A stretch of 63,398 nucleotides of DNA, the filler included, from Folioceros fuciformis (lineage: Eukaryota), in the NCBI GenBank assembly GCA_049999805.1. It is 11 parts of 11 records of this genome, joined end to end, with 100 filler letters (N's around TTAATTAATTAA, not from the genome) between each part and the next. Parts side by side here need not be neighbours in the genome. Positions count along the whole stretch, not along the records: positions 1 to 14,094 come from JBNGIO010000240.1; 10 more parts are not named here. One strand, written 5' to 3'. Below, in pieces: positions 1-13,165 of the stretch (its first letter is position 1; every line of letters begins with the position of its first letter). The translations under genes were made by a program, and so were the position numbers. The notes under the pieces were generated by a model. That model was not told the DNA's origin, made no database searches, and saw only the letters and a program-made list of their open reading frames with translations.

Positions 1-61
1 GCAGCTCGGCATCCTTGTCCGCCATTTCCCGGACCGCTCAGACGCCCCCTTGCTTCCTCCT

Positions 62-94
62 TTCCTTCCCTTCCCTTCCCTTCCCTTCCCTTCC
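62..94 (+). repeat. (TTCCC)n pyrimidine microsatellite upstream of the first gene
   Basis: About 6 direct TTCCC units visible in the sequence. Confidence 0.8.
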
Positions 95-522
95 TTGCCC
101 TCCTCCTCTCGCAGATCGCAACAACCTAACCTAACACAACCCCGGGGATCCCCGCCAGCCTCTGTAGCAGACTACACTCCATCCCGCACCCTCCAGACCT
201 ACTGCGTGCTCCAAGAACCTGCAGCAGGCATATGCTACCACAAACCCTAGGTTACCATTATATAAATACACCATATGCAGTCTTGTCTTCCAGTCCTGCC
301 CAGAACAGTACAGTACCCAGTCACCAGTCTAGATATGCAGGTTGCTGGCACCGCCTTCTGCGTTTTGGCCTTGGTGCAGTGTATTAAATTGTCTGGAGGA
401 ACTGGCACCCCGCGATTCGCGTATTAGGGCAAACCACTCTAGTCTCCAGAGCTGCTAGCGAAGCTAAGGCTAAGGCCGTTCGTTGATGACAGCTCCGTGA
501 GCCCGCAAGAGGGGGCCTTGCC

Positions 523-3500
523 ATGGACGACGTTGCTCCAGCCGGGCCAGCGCCGCCTTCCTCCCCGACCAAGAACATCTGCGGAATATGTGGATCTCAA
601 GTCACCAACCAGGGCGTCCTAGACTGCTGCCAGCACCTGTAAGTATTGGCTGCCTTGCCCGCCCGCCCGCTCGCTCGCTCGCTTTGATGCAAATCTGCGT
701 ACACGCCGTGCGCGTCTAACGCCTGCCTGCTGCAGATTCTGCTTCACCTGCATTGACGATTGGGCGTCTGTCACCAACCTCTGCCCCTTGTGCAACTTGA
801 GGTTTCGCCTCATCACCTGCCTGCCCGTAAGTTGACTTCATCCGACCCACCTGCAGGTGTATGCAGTGGCGTGCACGGGGTGCATAGCGTTTTTCTGATG
901 CCACGGCTGCTCGTCTTTTGCTTAGCGCAACAGGGGACTGCTCAACATGGGGGTGGCGATGGCATTGCCACGGGCGATGGGAAGGATGGAGAGCCTGGTA
1001 CTGGTGGTGGCACCAGTGACGCTGAACAAATGTATTTTGACTGACTAGTCCACGTCAACTGGCTGTAGCTATGTTGTTGTGTGCTATGGCCGGGCTGTGG
1101 GTGGAACATTTCGTGATCTCTTGGGTGGCTGTCGCAGATTCGGCGACGGGATGCATCCAGCTTTCTACATTGATGAGGAGGTGCGGACTTCTGTCTGTTG
1201 GCTTGGCTTCCAGACGTACTGGGCACGGCGTTCCACGTCCTCACTGCTGTTGCTTCTTTCTTTGTAGGCTGTTACTTGCTTGGACGGAAATGACTGTCTT
1301 GTTAGATCAGGCGTCTCTATGGATGTGGAGACCGATTCTTCCGTGGCCTGCGACTCTTGTGATCGCTGGTCAGTTGACTTCACCTCCCTGGATGGGGTCC
1401 CATGGCCACAGGGCTCTCGACGAGTACGCCTGCCTTTTCCGAGGGCCTACTTTTGTTGCGCTAAGCTTGCAATTGATGAAACTGCAGGTACCATGCCGGC
1501 TGTGTCGGATTCGACACTTCGGGTTGCAACCAGGGGTCGTGGTGGTGTCCAAGGTTGTCCCGCAGCACTGGCGTTCTGGGGTTTGAAGTATGGTTGGCTC
1601 CGCTTCTGAACATAGCTCCCTTACCGATGTTTGCCTTCTTAACAGGTGTACTTCTAGTGGCTCCCTGAATGACCTAGGACCGGGTGGATCTCAACTACCT
1701 GCTGCACCCTCATCAACTGCTGATTTCTTTGGTCTGCCATCCCGGCCATCATTAAGCTCTGCACAGGCTGAGACCTCACAACCGCATACTGGGACTACTG
1801 TTTGCATTTCACAGGCACCTTCGTCCCCGACTGTCAACCCCACGAGCTCTGGCAAGCAAGGTCCACCGTTGAGTTCCGAGGCAGATTGTTTGAGGAGTCG
1901 TGGTGTAGAAACGGAAGTCAGTGCCACAAAGTCGAAGCCTCCCATTGTTGACAATGGAGACAGCAATCCTCGAAAGCGGAGCAGGAAGAACGGGTAAAAA
2001 TCTCTCTATTCACGGTTGTGCTTTTGATGCTGGACCCGTTGTTGGGAAATTGATTTGCTCTCAAGATGTGGTCGCTTTAGGTTTTGGTACTTGAACTAGA
2101 ACGATAACTGCACATCAATGTTGTGAGATGTCTGACGGACTGACCCAAAACGTCATCGTGACATGCCTGACTGTCAGAAATACTAGTAGCTGATGAAAAG
2201 CCCTTCTCAGCAATTTGTGTGCTTGGTTTTCAACAGTGTCCAACCTCTTGAGGATTCACAAACTGGACCGGGAAGCTGTGGTAATAAGCCTGAGAAGAGG
2301 TCCAGACTTCTATCAGCAGGTGGGGAGGGCATTGATGACTTGCTCGAGATCGTCAGGGATGACTCTGGAAGAGCAATGACCGGGGAGGCTGTCCATGAAC
2401 CTCGTACAGGAAACGGAGTCAGAACCAGAATCATCATGCATAGAGCTGAGAATAATGGGCAATCTTTGGTGGAGGAAATCAGGCGCAAAATGAGGACAGA
2501 GGCAGGATACGGTGCTGCTGCGGATCTGGGCAAGGTGGAAGTATCGGATGCCAGATTTCTCGCTGCCTACAGGGCAGCGATTGCTGGGAAAGATCAGGGA
2601 GAGGAACAAGTGAGGAGGAAGGCTCCCAAGGGCCATTCCTGGGTTGTCAAAGCATTAAAAAACGGGGCAAGTGTTAGGGATAATTTAACTAGGAAACTCT
2701 ATGGTGGCCTAGGTGGTCGGCGCATGTGGGACAGAGACTGGGATGTGGCCTTCTGGAGGGGAAATCGTCAAAATTCGAAGAGTGACTCATCAAACAAGCT
2801 GCAGGAAGAGAAAGTAGAGGACGATGCAGATGCACTGAAGATCCACATTGCAGATAGCTCCTTGTTTCCGAGGAAAGATGAGTCCGAAGTTGCTCCTAAC
2901 CCTGGAGGCCAGCCGCCAGTGGATTTAAATGGCATCAGTCGCCTTGGAGCCAAAGGGTCGGCACAACAGTCTAGACATGATGAGCTGCCATTGCCGGACT
3001 GTAAGCGCTCTGGGGGGCAAATTGCAATTCCCGGAAACCCTTCTGGCAGTGGTTCAGACCAAGTGAGGAAAAAAGTCCGTTTCTCTGATGATGAGTCTAC
3101 TGCTAGACTTGAAACCCATAGTGGAGCAGGCAATCAAAAGTCGTCGGACAGAGCCAAGGTCCCAGGCACAGTGCATGATCCCAGCAACTTGAATGTGAGG
3201 GACAAGAGGTTGTGGGCCCTTGAAGTTTTAGCTAGGAAAACAGGTGAATTCGGAGCATCTGGAGGGAGAGGGAACACCAGCAAGGGCAAATCTCTCGTGG
3301 TAAATATTTCTATGGATGGAGCTGAATACAATTTGTGGCTTAAGTTTCATAGAATCTTACGTTTTGCATTTTTGGATCCCATGGCTTTGCCCACCGTTCT
3401 GCCCCACTAGGAGTTATTGCCTCCAGAGCTAAGGCCTTCAATCAGCATCAACATTCACAGCAAGGTCCCATCTGGGGTTCGACAGGTGTATGCCCTAATC

Positions 3501-5605
3501 CTATTCAAGATTTGGAGATGCAACTTGGTGTAGCCTTTATGCTGTTGAAAGGTTAGCCAATGTGTCATACACGGCCTGTAGTATTCTGTGGAATGGTGTG
3601 CTCAAAGCCTGCGATTCAGGCCATGAAAGTATTGTCGGCAGTTGGCCGGAGGGTCCTCTGGCACCAGGTGCAATTGTAGCAGGCACGCTTCAATTGTTCG
3701 GAGTTGTCGATGTCCTTGGATGACCTACTACGTATATGATAATAGTAGGAAGTGCAAAAGTGATTGCGTGTTCCCTCCTTTCAATTTGCAGAGTGATTGG
3801 TCCTCTGTCTCATGTGTTGTATTTCCTAAATTTCAGGTGCAGCTTGATCGGTTTCTAGAATACGAACTTAAAGGCTCCGGAGTTAGGAGGGATCCTAAAA
3901 GCGCAAGATGTGAGCGAGCCGTTGCAGTTGCAGTTGCGAAAGAGCGGGAAATATATGAAAAATCGAATTCCAAAAGCGTTTACTTGAACTTGTGTGCAAA
4001 CTTTTGTGCCACTTTGAGTGCCAGGGCCACTGCAAGGAAGGCCAAGAGCAATGCAAGTCTTCAAGGTATGCTGTCTGAGAGCAAGGTCAGATTGGCAATT
4101 GAAGCAGCTGGATTGGGCTTTGATTCTGATTCTGACCCCGATTGTGCTTCTGATTCGCGGGCAAAGAAGTTAGCTGCACGGTCACTGGTTGCGTCTGAGT
4201 CATTAGAAGTTAGGCCTTCCAATCAGGTTGCTGGTGGAGTGGCACAATCTCGGGATGCTTCAGTAAAAGCCAAGTGCACAGATGCGAATACTCTGGCACC
4301 GCAGTCTAAAGCATTTCCAGATAATCCTGTAGCTCTATCAAGTCCAACTCGTTACTCTGTTGGCAAGGATCATCTTACCTTAAATGCAGAAAGTTGTGGC
4401 TCAGCCATGCTCGACTCCCTTGCACAGGAGTCCTCACCTTTGCACATGGACGGCATTTTTGTATTGGATGGAGAGGAACTTGAAGTTCCTGTACTTTCAG
4501 GTAACGCAACAACTGTACAGAAGGATTCTGTTCCGAAGGTCAAAGTTGTGCTAACCACCATGCACAAGTTTAAGCAAGACCTAATTGCAGTTGAAGGGGG
4601 AACTGCAATCGAAAGACAGGAAAACTTGGCCCAAATGGCTGCCGTAGATGATGCCACTAGTAGTGCACAGGCAGATGGCAATGAGATAGCTCCGGATCTA
4701 TGTCAATCAGGTGAGGGTCCATCCAGTGGCCCTAGAGGCTCTGAAACACTGCAACAGGACGGTGCAGAAACGCAGTTACAGGCCAGGGCAGATTTTGAGA
4801 ATCAACACAATTCACCAAAAGGGAGTGCTGCAGGAGATGATGTTGTAGAGAAGAGGAGACTGGGAGAAATGGAGACAACGGAGGCTGCTTGCTTGGAGAG
4901 CATGTCTACAATCTCACCTCTTGTGAAAGGAGGGCAATCTTACACGGCCCCAGCCCCAAATGAGGATGTCGATGGCAATGGCAACTCCAAAGATTCTTCG
5001 TCGTGTCAAGTGAAACAGGATGTGAGGGATAAGCAGGGTAGCGCTGAAGCTGAAAGTGAAATCGATGACTGGATGAAGGCGGGCAGGTTTCCCAGTCTTG
5101 AAAGTAGGATTGACGAAGTGAGAGAGAGCCTTCTGAAAAAGGGTGCAGACATGCTTCATCTCCTTACGGAGTATCCCGGTTCAACTGGCGACATTGTGGA
5201 TCCTCAGGGTTCTTGTCTGAAAGCTGAGAGTGCCGAGACTAGTTTGGAAGGTGAAAAGAAGGCGGAGATTGGTCAATGTCGTGGACAAGGCCATGACAGC
5301 GACGTAGTCGAGAAACAGGTACATCTCTGGACGGTCTATTGTAGTTATCGTAGCTCACGGTCAATGCGTTGATGTTTGACCTAAATGTGCAGGTGCATGC
5401 TTATGTCCGCGAGCATTTGCGACCGCTCCTTAGGAGTGGAGTTATCAGCACCAAGGACTACAAGTGGGCTGCCGCAAAGACTGTTAGCAAAGTAATGCAA
5501 CATCACCCGGACGCGAAGTCCGCAGATTTTTTGATAGTAGAGGGCAGTAAGGTGAAAAAACTGGCAGACGATTACCTTAAAGCTCTCACAATGAGGAAAG
5601 TCTGA
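523..5605 (+). CDS. At4g10930-like RING finger / PHD finger protein with conserved C-terminal helical domain (multi-exon)
   Basis: Spliced translation from ATG 523: exons 523-638 and 736-826 give RING CGIC...DCCQHLFCFTCIDDWASVTNLCPLC. Later exons give PHD AFYIDEE-AVTCLDG...ACDSCDRWYHAGCVG...WWCPRC and motifs HSKVPSGVRQ and SKSVYLNLC. The last exon reads VHAYVREHLRPLLRSGVIS...EGSKVKKLADDYL, stop 5603-5605. Introns are GT-AG; some internal boundaries are approximate. Confidence 0.88.
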
Positions 5606-6874
5606 AAGCATATTCGCATTCACGATCCTTGGCACTGTACAGTACTTGGATTCTGGAACCGTGCCCGTGGTTTCTGGCCAGGCGTTTCTCTGGTTTTTTT
5701 CACGAGTTGTTTGTCCCGACACTGATGGTTGTGCGCACGCAGCTGTATTAGTCACTGTGCGCCACAAGTTGTCCTCCGCATGTGCAGGCAGGTCATTGAG
5801 GCGCTGCATTGCCAATGGGAGAACATCCGTGCACGGTAGACGGATAGAAAACCCTAGTTAGTATCGGATATGCCTGGTGATGGCCGCTGTGATGCACCAC
5901 TACAAATTGGCGTTTTGTCATTTGACCGAATTTCGCTATCGTCGAGTTTCCCATCGAATAACCTGCCCTACCTACCCTGTCTGCTATTGGATCGATTCCA
6001 TAGAGACCTGGAGGCATCATGGGTCTCAGTCTCATGCAGAGAACCCAGACCCCAATGGCTTACAAAGAGAGGACCTCGCAAGTGAAGCCTGCTCTTGAGG
6101 GCAGCGGATGAAGGCTTCGTCACTAGCGTTCGCATTTGCACTCGCATTTCCATTTGCAGTGGTTTACATACTTCATCGCATCGCAGAAGCATCCCGGGTC
6201 AGTGCACTGCTGAGAACCTTCCACCGGTTCAACTCCAAGAAAGAAAGACAACGGATACCTACTGCGAAAAATTTAAAGAGAGCAAAGACTCCTGGGAGAC
6301 CAATTGGACCACTCATGGATGTACATCTGTACTTGGCACGGGACTAGCTAGGTCTGCATTGTACAACGTTATTGGAAAGAAAGACCTTTGCGTAAAAGGG
6401 CGTCCAGTACGATGGCCCTAAGTTGTCGGTATAATATCTGTTTGGTGATTTTGCAGAGGCATAATGGTGCTGTGAGTTCGTGGAAGGACGTGAGAAACGG
6501 CAGAAACCGAGGGCAGTCCGCTTTCCGGCTCCCGCCATCACCGGTGCGGTGCCCGCGACTCCGCGTCGTCTTGATGCACTGTACTGGCTGATTGATACGG
6601 AAGAAGTGATTCTCTGCCTGCTGCTGCTCGACAGCTCGGACACTCCTTTGTGGCTATGCTAGAGGGAAGTAGAAGCGCAGATCCGTGACATCTACCGGGG
6701 CATCGGCTCAAGGTCGTTCAGCCCCCTTTTGCGCCGTCGCTTTGGTGACTGCCCTGCCCAGGTACTCTTTTTCAACCTTCCCGCCTCCGCCTGGCCTGGT
6801 TTCCGGCTTGCTCTAGGGCTGCTGGCTAGGCTCCGCAGGTCGGAGGGGCAGCTCAAGCTCGGCTGCTAGCAGAC

Positions 6875-7945
6875 ATGGCAACAGGTGGCGGCAGTGCTGC
6901 TGGCCACTCCAATGTTCTCAGGAAGGTTCTTCTGAGTTATTTGTATGTGGGGATATGGATCAGTCTGAGCTTTGCGGTGATCATTTTCAACAAGTACATT
7001 CTGGACCGGAAATTCTACAATTGGCCCTTCCCTATTTCGCTGACCATGATTCACATGGGGTTCTGCTCCAGTCTCGCTTTCTTGTTGGTGCGAGTCTTCA
7101 AGTTTGTGGAGCCTATCTCAATGACTCGCCAGTTGTACTTGTCCTCCATTGTACCCATTGGTGCACTTTATGCACTGTCGCTATGGCTTTCAAACTCGGC
7201 TTATATTTATCTGTCAGTGTCTTTCATTCAGATGCTGAAAGCGCTTATGCCAGTGGCGGTGTACACTGCCGGTGTTTTGATGAAGAAGGAAGTCTTCAAG
7301 GCACAAACTATGGGTAACATGGTGTGCATCTCACTCGGAGTTGCCATTGCTGCTTTTGGCGAGGCGAAATTTGATGTTTGGGGAGTGACTCTGCAGCTTG
7401 GCGCTGTTCTTTTCGAAGCCGTAAGGTTGACTTTAATTCAGATTTTGTTGACCTCGAAAGGCATCAACCTGAATCCCATCACTACTCTGTACTACGTTGC
7501 CCCTTGCTGCTTCGTCTTCTTGGCTATTCCATGGACATTTGTGGAGCTCCCTGTGCTGCGGGAAATATCCACCTTCCACCTTGATTATCTGTTGTTTGGG
7601 GCCAACTGCATTTGTGCTTTTGCTCTGAACCTGGCTGTATTCCTTCTTGTTGGGAAGACCTCGGCTCTTACCATGAATGTTGCAGGCGTAGTCAAGGATT
7701 GGCTGCTCATAGCGTTTTCATGGAGTGTCATCTTGGATAGAGTGACTACTGTTAATCTTATTGGTTACGGTGTAGCTTTCCTCGGAGTCTGCTACTACAA
7801 CCATGCAAAGCTACAAGGGCTTAAGCTGAGAGAAATGCAAAGGAAGGGCGGTGAGGGTGATGAAGAGACAGTAGCTTTGGTCGAACAAAAGTTGGAGAGG
7901 AAGGAGGATGCGAATGGCATTTCAGCGCGGAAAGCTGATACGTAG
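6875..7945 (+). CDS. TPT-family probable sugar-phosphate/nucleotide-sugar transporter (At5g25400/UAfT-like), intronless CDS
   Basis: 356-aa ORF with about 10 hydrophobic segments and family motifs [49 protein letters not shown] and [20 protein letters not shown]. Probable 5'UTR intron at about 6762-6838. Confidence 0.95.
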   Translation: MATGGGSAAGHSNVLRKVLLSYLYVGIWISLSFAVIIFNKYILDRKFYNWPFPISLTMIHMGFCSSLAFLLVRVFKFVEPISMTRQLYLSSIVPIGALYALSLWLSNSAYIYLSVSFIQMLKALMPVAVYTAGVLMKKEVFKAQTMGNMVCISLGVAIAAFGEAKFDVWGVTLQLGAVLFEAVRLTLIQILLTSKGINLNPITTLYYVAPCCFVFLAIPWTFVELPVLREISTFHLDYLLFGANCICAFALNLAVFLLVGKTSALTMNVAGVVKDWLLIAFSWSVILDRVTTVNLIGYGVAFLGVCYYNHAKLQGLKLREMQRKGGEGDEETVALVEQKLERKEDANGISARKADT

Positions 7946-8374
7946 GCTGCACAGCTCAGGGTTCTCAAGCCCTGGTTGTATTGCTTCACCCAACATTCCT
8001 GTCATGAGTCTTTTTGGTTAGCGTTTAAGCTGGTAGTTGTAAGCGCTTCTGCTGGAGTATTACTGTGCTCCATTGTAGTGTAATCCCAGGGCATTCCAAC
8101 TCCTGCAGCTGCTATAATTACGCATAACGGACCTGGTTGTGGAATATCTATTGTCAGGGACACACCTGGTCGCTTGTTTTTTCAGATGGTAGGCTGTTTT
8201 GTTGGTACGAGTTGCTCAACAGCTTACTGTATCTTAACCACCAGGGTTTACAGTCAAATGCTGAAACGAAATGGTCAGAATAGCTAGTAGGTGTATCAGA
8301 TGCGTGTTTGACTGTTTGGCGACGATTCTTACAAACATGTTACAGCGAACAGTGACGTAGTTCTACAACCTCAA

Positions 8375-10405
8375 TTACACCTGCATGCATTGACCGGATC
8401 GAAAAGCTAGGGGAGACAGAAGCCTCATAATCAGCTGTTCGAACCGTTGAGACCCTAATCCAGGGTTCAAAATGCTCTGGTCTCCTACCACCGAGCAGGG
8501 ATCTGCATCTTCATCCAACTCACCTTTACACCATCCGCCTGGAGTGAACCGGTTAGGGGCCCGTCCTAGCAACTCCGCGTCTATTCTATCTAAAACCGGA
8601 TCGTCTACGTCAAACTTCCGAGCAAAAGCAGCGCCGCTCTCTGTCATGTTGTTGAAATGCTTGACACCAAGCGACAGTGGATGCTGTTTCGGAGGGTTGT
8701 CCCATGCTATGTAATGTAGGTCATGGTTGACAGTAGTGTTCCTGAACTCCCGTGTGTTGCAGATAACGCTGTGAAAGTAGCCCTCAGGTGAAGAAACAAA
8801 GTTTGTATAGTACATAAGAACAGTCCGAGGAAGATTATCCCAACCCATAATACAGAACTCCATGAAAGATCGTGTCAACGCCACCCAGGCGGAGCCTGAA
8901 AGTTGGATGACGAGAAACCCGCAAATTGGTAAGTCAAATCGAAAGGACTCGTGAGAGGGAGGAGGAACAAAGACTCGGCTCACTTTCGGGCTAGGCGGCC
9001 ACATACCTGTGAATAAGCGGAAGGCGGTAGGCAAAGTCCGTCTCTGAGTCACCCAGAAAATGTCGCTCTTCCTCGACATGTACAAGCCGGGATCAATGAT
9101 GATGGGCTTTGCCCTTTGAAACCTGCGAATAGCAGCAGAGGCGAGGCTCAACCCTGAGATTTGCATCTCCTGAGAGATCTGTCATCTACACTGGCAGGAA
9201 TGGGGACTGTAAGGTCCATGCCCGCCACACTGAAACCCTTGATAGCAGTCAGGTTCATCAGCGGATCAGGTAGGTTTCCATCCAGGTTGTTGTGCTGCGC
9301 AGATGCAGCGATTTCAGAGACTTACAAATAAATGATAAGGGATGGTGCCGCTACATCTGCTCTAAAACAACGACAAAAAGAATGCCCGAGGCATTGGAGA
9401 ATGCCTAAGCAGCTGGTGCCAGCCTTGTAAGATGGATAGCAGAAAGAGCATAGACCTGCAGTGAAGACACTTTGGGCTGCACGATTGGCTGGGTTGCTAC
9501 AGTCTTCAAGGCTACCAGGTGAAACCTCTGATGAATTTCTGGGACCTCTCCATTTTTTGACCGCCTGTACTAGTTGCAAGAAGGAGAAGAAGAAGGAGAG
9601 TTCAACCAGCACACTACTAGGAAAAATAAGAAGAGTAAGCTTACTCCTTCCAGCCGATGTCGCTGGTATGCTCGATGAAATTGAGATCCTTGGGCAGATA
9701 AGAAAGCACATGCAAGAGATCTGGCATTCAAGCAAGAAACATTTTGAATTTTTTGGTGAGAGAATTGGAAACGGAATCGGGAGCACAAGACAAGACAGGG
9801 AGCAGAAAACTACAGACGAAAGAGGTGGACATACCATCTTGAGTGATGAGAGGGTAGTCGGAGGCGCTCAGATTGATGAACCAATCCCAATCTTGGCTTT
9901 GCTTGAGCAAAATCGCAGCCGCATGCAGGGTGCTAGCAATCATGGAGGGCCCTCTGTAGGTGACGAGATTGGCCTTGCCCACAACGTGCACGTTGTCAAC
10001 CTCCACAAAGGTGGGATCTATCCTGACATACCTGGCCAGGTCCACTCTCTCCTTGGTAGGTGCTTCGAGATCTAGGTGTAAAATATACTGGTTCCTGGGG
10101 TGATAAATGGCCTGCAGCACCCTTCTCATCCGAGGCCCGTCACCCTTGGTACCCGAGATCAAGTAGGCCAGTCTGGGGGGAGGCGGGAGGTCCTCGGTTG
10201 GCAGTTTCACCACTTCCACTGCTGTTTGCTCGCCTAGGGTAAGGCGTGGAAGCGCAGGGAAGCTGGCGCTCCGTGCAGCTGCCCCGAAAGTCAGAGTCGC
10301 GGCCAAGAAGAGGACGAGGGATATGACGGAGCTGGCCACCAAGGGTAAGAGCCACTTGCGCTCCATGGTGACCAACCCTAAAGGCATTTGAAAGAGCTTC
10401 TTCAT
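8375..10405 (-). CDS. GT14 / Core-2-I-branching beta-glucuronosyltransferase (GlcAT14A-like), 4 exons: 10405-9835, 9720-9645, 9122-9007, 8895-8375
   Basis: N-terminus MKKL...ERKW followed by a TM helix; motifs RLAYLISG, YHPRNQYILHLD, WDWFINLSASDYPL, DLNFIEHTSDIGWKE, GSAWVAL, SSPEGYFHSVICN, DLHYIAWDNPPKQHP and AAFARKF. Canonical splice sites join the exons in frame. Confidence 0.93.
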
Positions 10406-11478
10406 GGCTATCCACCATGTGTGACACATGCGCGATACGCAAAGCAAGGTGAATTGGCCGACACGGATGCGAGGCTGGAAACCGGAATTCCAATCACGGC
10501 CGCACGAGAATCAATTACCTGGACAGCCCTGCATGAGCGGGAGGAAGAGGGACGCGGCGCAGCCTTGAGGTCCGGAGCCGCAACCAAGTGCTGGTGTGTC
10601 AAGGGCGGCGCCGGGCTGGACTAGACTGCGCCAGGCCGCAGCCGCGACGTATTGCAGAGCACGGCAGATCTATCGTCGCCGCAACCGCAGCGGTGGTGCA
10701 ACACGAATGGTGGATTGCCTTGGCGAGGGAGCGACACGGGCAATCTGAAGCGCCAGCTGCGACCGTTGTGTGGGAGCTGCAAACGCTGCAGCACAGCACC
10801 TGTGACTGTCGTAGCGTTGCGTTAGCAGGGACCAAGTGTTTTCGCGGAATTGCGTACAGTATTACATACATATTTGACTCGACCAGTGTAGGAACGACAG
10901 ACGGAGGGAAGGGGGAGCAAGCAAAGCAAAACAAAGGAAAGCAAGTCCCCGGGCAACAACTGCCTCCACGTGCACAGTCATATGAACACATGTACGGTAC
11001 CGATTTTTGAAACCCCAATTTTCCTTGTCCTCCTCGCACCCCTTTTCTCTTCTCATAGGCCCTGCGTGTCGTTGAGAGATACAACGACGAGGCGAGGGTC
11101 CCGTGGGGCGAGGCTCCCTATATAACAATCGCAGCCGGGCCCCCGCCCGGACACCACCTGGACATGTAGGTGGGGCCCGCCACCACCAACACATGTTCTT
11201 GTCCAAAACGCTCCCTCCATCCACACCGTTCGGATCATTATTCCATACCATTGCCCTACACGACGTGACTGCCACCATGGCCATGAGCTACACTACGCTC
11301 CGCTTTACGATAACACTTGTATTCATTTCTATTACTTTTTAAAACCGGTAAATTATATACAATCATATTAAATAAATAAATAAAAAGAAAGTGGATTGAA
11401 CTCTGACACAAGACATAGCTATTTACAAGACTGTGAAGCAACCAAACGTGTTGCTGGGAGGGAGAGGGAGGCCTTTGT

Positions 11479-13165
11479 CTATGGTGAAGACTCCGCCACC
11501 ATGCATTGATTGGATCGGAAAGCCGGAGGATGCAGAAGCTTCGAAACGAGGCGCTCCAATCTTTGGGAGCCCGGTCCCGGGCGCAGTGTGCTGCTGTCTC
11601 CCACAAGCATGCAGGGATCTTGACCTTGGTGCCGCCTCCCTTGGCACCATCCTCCGGGAGTGAACTGGCCGGGATCTCGGCCTAGCAATTCCTCGTCGAT
11701 TCGGCGTAGAGCGGAGTCGTCGTCGCGGAACTTGCGAGCGAAAGCAGCCCCGCTCTCTGTCATGTCTTTGAAATCCTCGTCACCTAGCAACTTTGGATGT
11801 TGTCTCGGAGGGTTATCCCACTTTATGTAATGTAGATCGTGGTTCACAGTGGTGTTCCTGAACTCCCGAGCGTTGCACACAACGGTGTGGAAGTAGAACT
11901 CAGGTGAGGATACCACGGATCCGAAGTACAGCAGAGCCGCGCGAGGAAGGTTATCCCATCCCATGATGGTGAACTCCATGAAAGATCGTGACAGCACCGC
12001 CCAGGCCGAGCCTGCAAGACCCCGGCCGTCGCCATGGTGAGTGACTTCAGTGAAGTCCAGAGCAGAACGCAAGAGCAATCCACAGCACAACGCAAGGCTC
12101 ACTAGTTCCTGGAACGGGAACCAGTACAGCTCCCGAAACCTTGTGACAAAGCTTTAGGGCTTGACGGCCGCGTACCTGAGAATACTCGGAAGGCAGTGGG
12201 TGAAGCCCGGGAGATGGGAGTTTTCCAGAGGGCGGTCTTTCTTGACATGTACACGGCGGGATCAATCACGATAGGCTTTACCCTCTTGTCCCTGCACATG
12301 ACATACATGAAGACGACGTGAGACTCGTGTTTGAAAAGCGTACGAGGCCTAGCTGGGACGGCAACACGGCACCAGGCTACGACAAACCAACAAGACGCAG
12401 GAGCTTACATCTTCCAGGCGAGCTTACTGGTATGTTCGATGAAGTTCACATCCCTAGGCAGGAAGGAAAACACGTGCAGAAGATCTGCCATCCAGGAAGG
12501 AAGAAGAAGCAGGTGTCACTGGCGAGATGAGTCGAAACAAAAGACTGAACGAGGCACAACACTAATGAACGACGACACTGCCACACCTGATGCACAAAAA
12601 TGCCGGGTCACCACGTACCGTCTTGAGTCACGAGAGGGTAGTCGGAGGCGCTGAGATTGATGAACCAGTCCCAATCTGCGAATTTCTTGAGCAGAATGGC
12701 AGCGCCCTCCAGAGTGGTGGTGACCATGGACACCCCTCTGTAGGTCACCGGATTCGACTTAGACATGACGTGCACGTTGCCGACCTTCTGGAACGTGGGA
12801 TCCAGCCTGACAAAAGCGGCCAGATCCGCCCTCTCCTCAAGCGGCGCTTCAGCATCCATGTGCAAAACATAATAGTTCCTGGGATGATAGAGAGCCTGAA
12901 TCGCCCTTCTCAAGCGCTCCCCGTCACCCCTGGAGCCCGAGATCATGTACGCCAGCCTCGGGGCCTGGGGAAGCGAGACATTCGGAGACGGCAGTCCATC
13001 CGCCGCCGCCCCCGCCCCCGCCTCCCCTTCATCAACCTTGGGGTGAGCTGACAATCCTGGCGGGACGCCTGGTGAGCCGGCTCTAGAATACAAATCAAAT
13101 GCCACCAACAAGGTGAAGAATATGACGGAGCTGAGCAGCGCTGGCGCGACCCAATTCCATCCCAT
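11479..13165 (-). CDS. Second GT14 (GlcAT14-like) paralogue, 4 exons: 13165-12619, 12484-12409, 12291-12176, 12011-11479
   Basis: Same motifs (RLAYMISG, WDWFINLSASDYPLVTQD, DVNFIEHTS, GSAWAVL, DLHYIKWDNPPRQHP, AAFARKF) and the same three intron positions as the neighbouring copy. Confidence 0.92.

Noticed and set aside
827..856. 30-nt mini-intron in the RING/PHD gene (gtaag...ctgcag)
   Set aside because: Too short for normal splicing; downstream acceptors near 925-933 give a normal-sized intron and an open frame.
6574..6688. Short upstream ORFs (MHCTG*, MLEGSRSADP*) before the transporter
   Set aside because: The transcription start is unknown and there is no conservation evidence; such short ORFs are expected by chance.
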